Sequence record: SRR2962707_5488
DNA: 64,000 nt
Strand: one strand, 5' to 3'
The position numbers and the translations under genes are program-made. Position 1 is the stretch's first letter; each line of letters begins with the position of its first letter. Below, piece by piece: positions 61,491 through 64,000 of the stretch. Below the pieces are notes generated by a model. It was not told the DNA's origin, did no database searches, and worked only from the letters and a program-made list of their open reading frames with translations.

Positions 61491-62350
61491 TGATCTTCGG
61501 CTGGAAATAATCTGGCCGCCCGGGAGGCCACGGATCGCCCCAAAGCTACTCGCCGCCATCGACTGTAAGTACCTCGCCGGTGATGAATTTACCGCTGGGC
61601 GCTGCGAGGTAGGCGACCGCCTCTGCGATATCATGAGCGTCCCCAACGCGCAGCATGGGTTTCGCTTCTGGATATGTCTTCAGGCCTTCGGGAGGATATT
61701 GCATGAAGCCGCTCGTCTCGCAAACACCGGGCGCGACGCAGTTGACGCGGATGCGGTGCTGCGCCCATTCGACCGCGACCGATTTGAAGAGGTAGATAAC
61801 GCCAGCGCGCCGCGCAGGTGTGCGCGATGCCGGGCATTCCGCGCCAGATGTCGGCGACGATATTCACGATCGAACCGGGGCTTTTTCTTTCGACCCATTG
61901 CTGCGCGGCGCTTTGCATCATGTACCAGGAACCGTTGAGGTTCGTGTCGATGACGGCATTCCATCCCTTGACCTTGAAGTCCAGGGCCATTTGCGGAAAC
62001 TGGCCGCCGGCGTTGTTTACGAGAACGTCGAGCGCGCCGAACCTGTTCCAGACATCGTCGACGAAATGTTTGACCTGATCAGGATCCCGTATGGTCAGCG
62101 AGGCGCTGAAAACGCGAGCACCCATTCTTTCCAGAAGCGCGACCGTCGCGGCAAGCCTTTCTTCGTTGCGTCCGCATATAGCGACGTTCGCGCCCAGTCG
62201 TGCAAAGAGGCAGGCTATGGCCTTGCCGAAGCCGCTTCCGCCACCGGAAACCACTACCGTTTTTCCGGAGAAGAGATCTGCGCGATAGACCGTAGGCAGA
62301 GCTTTCAGTTCATCATCGGAAAAACCGAAATGGGTGTTTTGGGCTTCCAT
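61486..62350 (-). pseudogene. SDR (trans-2-enoyl/2,4-dienoyl-CoA reductase-like), frameshifted with a premature stop
   Basis: NNAGGQF...AHTCAAR, then a frameshift near 61805. It continues as GVIYLFKSVAVEWAQHRIRVNCVAPG...VLTVDGGE*LWGDPWP with TAG at 61546-61548. Confidence 0.85.
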
Positions 62351-62375
62351 GTGCGTCGTCCCTCAAAAACTTCCG

Positions 62376-63011
62376 TCACGCAACAGTTTCGTCTTCACTG
62401 CTTCGTGCCGTTTCGTCCATTCCGATTCCGCTGAACAGCATTAGACACATATGGTCTGCCATCGTCTGTATGGACGTCCTGCCCGGCTGGTACCATTCAA
62501 CCGACCAGTTGAGCGCACCCATGAGCAGCATGCGCACGAGACCAAGGTCGATGTCGCTGCGCAGCGCTCTCGACTTCTGAGCTTTGGCAAGTATGCGCCG
62601 CCAGAGTTCGGCGTAGGCGTCACGCAATTTGATGTGGCGTCGCCGCACGTCTTCGGGGATCTGTCCGAAGATGCGAATATTCGCGGATGTATAGTCGTCG
62701 AGTTTCAGCAGCGTGGTGAGATGTGCTTCGACGGCAGCACGAATTCGGTCGCGGTGCGATGAACCTGGGGGCAGGCACTCTTGGCTTTCCTCGACAGCTT
62801 CGTGAACCCGCCTCATGCCAATGTCCAGAACTTCTTCGAGAAGCTCGTCCTTCGAACCGAAATGGTAATAGAGGCTTCCCGCCTGCATATCGGCGGCTCT
62901 GGCGATTTCGATCAAGGTGGTCGCTGCGTAGCCTTTTTGACGAAACATCTTTGCGGCGGCGTCCAGTATTCTCGCGCGGCTTATGTCGGATTTACTCTGC
63001 TCGGTCGTCAC
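62376..63011 (-). CDS. TetR-family regulator (KstR2-like C-domain)
   Basis: RILDAAAKMFRQKGYAATT...SLYYHFGSKDELL, GALNWSVEWY. Confidence 0.92.
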   Translation of the reverse strand: MTTEQSKSDISRARILDAAAKMFRQKGYAATTLIEIARAADMQAGSLYYHFGSKDELLEEVLDIGMRRVHEAVEESQECLPPGSSHRDRIRAAVEAHLTTLLKLDDYTSANIRIFGQIPEDVRRRHIKLRDAYAELWRRILAKAQKSRALRSDIDLGLVRMLLMGALNWSVEWYQPGRTSIQTMADHMCLMLFSGIGMDETARSSEDETVA

Positions 63012-63052
63012 GAATGCTCCATCAAGGCTTGCTTGGCGACAATGGTCTAAAA

Positions 63053-63107
63053 TCTAACATGCGTTCGAAACATATTGCACCCCATTTAAAATCGAATTAG
63101 TTTTAGA
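63053..63107. promoter_or_regulatory. Two TCTAA-N6-TTCGA operators in inverted arrangement between tetR and badH
   Basis: TCTAACATGCGTTCGA at 63053-63068 and TCGAATTAGTTTTAGA at 63092-63107. Confidence 0.6.
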
Positions 63108-63177
63108 AAAAAGTACCGCCGTTGCCATGACATAGTGAACTTATGTCTGAAGCGTCGCAGTGAGGGAGGAGGAAAAC

Positions 63178-63939
63178 ATGCGAGGACTCGATCTGAAACC
63201 GGTCATCGTCACCGGCGGCGCGAGCGGTATCGGAAAAGCAATTGCACTGAGGCTTGGCGAGGAAGGTGCCAAAGTTGCCATCTTCGACATGAACGAGAAG
63301 GGTGCCGAGGCCACCGCTGAAGCAATTCGTAAAAAGAGCGGTGCAGCTTGGGCTTATAAGGTCGATATCATCGACTATGCGGCCGTAGCGAGGACAGTCG
63401 ACGCGTTTGAAGAAGCTGCTGGTCCGGTTTATGGGCTGGTGAACAATGCCGGATGGGACGAGGCAAGACCCTTTATCCAGACAGAGCCCGATTTCTGGAA
63501 AAAAGTGATCGACATCAATCTGTACGGGCCGCTTAACCTCACTCATGTCGTTGCACGCAAGCTTGCGGAGCAAGGTGCCGGCCGGATCGTCAGCATCTCA
63601 TCGGATGCGGGTCGTGTTGGCTCGTCTGGCGAGGCGGTTTATTCCGCGGCCAAGGGCGGCGTCATCGCCTTCATGAAGACGATGGCGCGAGAATTCGCCA
63701 AAAAGGGCATCACGTTTAACACGATATGTCCGGGTCCGACGGACACGCCGCTGCTCGCATCCGTGGACGCATCGGGCGGCGGACGTCTGACCGAGGCGCT
63801 CACCAAGGCGATCCCGATGCGCCGGTTGGCGCAGCCGGACGATTATCCGGGCATGGTCGCATTTTTTCTGAGCGACGATGCGAGTTTCATCACTGGCCAG
63901 ACGATCAGCGTCTCGGGCGGTCTCTCCATGCACGGCTAA
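63178..63939 (+). CDS. badH: 2-hydroxycyclohexanecarboxyl-CoA dehydrogenase-like SDR
   Basis: NNAGWD, SDAGRVGSSGEAVYSAAKGG, CPGPTDTPLL, ISVSGGLSMHG; followed by a badI-like start. Confidence 0.8.
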   Translation: MRGLDLKPVIVTGGASGIGKAIALRLGEEGAKVAIFDMNEKGAEATAEAIRKKSGAAWAYKVDIIDYAAVARTVDAFEEAAGPVYGLVNNAGWDEARPFIQTEPDFWKKVIDINLYGPLNLTHVVARKLAEQGAGRIVSISSDAGRVGSSGEAVYSAAKGGVIAFMKTMAREFAKKGITFNTICPGPTDTPLLASVDASGGGRLTEALTKAIPMRRLAQPDDYPGMVAFFLSDDASFITGQTISVSGGLSMHG

Positions 63940-63950
63940 CGAGGATTCCC

Positions 63951-64000
63951 ATGGACTACGAAGACATTCTTTACGAAGAGAAAAATGGCGTCGCGACCAT
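63951..64000 (+). CDS. Start of a crotonase, probably 2-ketocyclohexanecarboxyl-CoA hydrolase (BadI/MenB-like); truncated by window
   Basis: GAGG RBS then MDYEDILYEEKNGVAT, directly after badH. Only 16 codons are visible. Confidence 0.55.
   Translation, partial: MDYEDILYEEKNGVAT

Noticed and set aside
61780..61830. Programmed frameshift or phase variation in the SDR
   Set aside because: No slippery heptamer or long repeat tract, and a second nonsense lesion plus a deleted neighbour indicate decay.
62443..62457. ACACATATG match to the 38314 palindrome
   Set aside because: Lies inside the tetR coding sequence with only a partial match; probably chance.

Overview
GC-rich bacterial DNA, probably alphaproteobacterial. 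A Parvibaculum-like hydrocarbon degrader is a guess from gene content only. The window has three blocks. (1) 1-10.7 kb: an amine/amide catabolic module (aldehyde dehydrogenase, amidase, MFS, DUF1329, DUF1302, class III aminotransferase, LuxR-type regulator, CntA-like Rieske oxygenase). Four of its promoters share an unannotated 18-bp dyad motif. (2) 10.8-28.0 kb: a complete type I secretion cassette (TolC, a 3670-aa Ig-repeat adhesin, ABC, HlyD) with a divergent LysR. The adhesin has about 29 Ig-like repeats and two cysteine-free C-type-lectin-like domains inserted into cadherin/VCBS-like domains. A triple Pho-box-like repeat sits in the convergent gap at the cassette's 3' end. (3) 28.1-64 kb: a visibly less GC-rich, island-like catabolic region that starts with an ACAGGGAA-repeat element and IS3/IS481 scars. 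It holds an oxygenase operon (BVMO, NtaA-type, TauD, DszC-like), a serine-recombinase remnant, a large beta-oxidation/Ltp2-DUF35 cluster, CYP153, several decaying genes and the start of a badH-badI operon. I found no rRNA, intact tRNA or CRISPR array. All calls rest on motifs read by eye; no database search was run.
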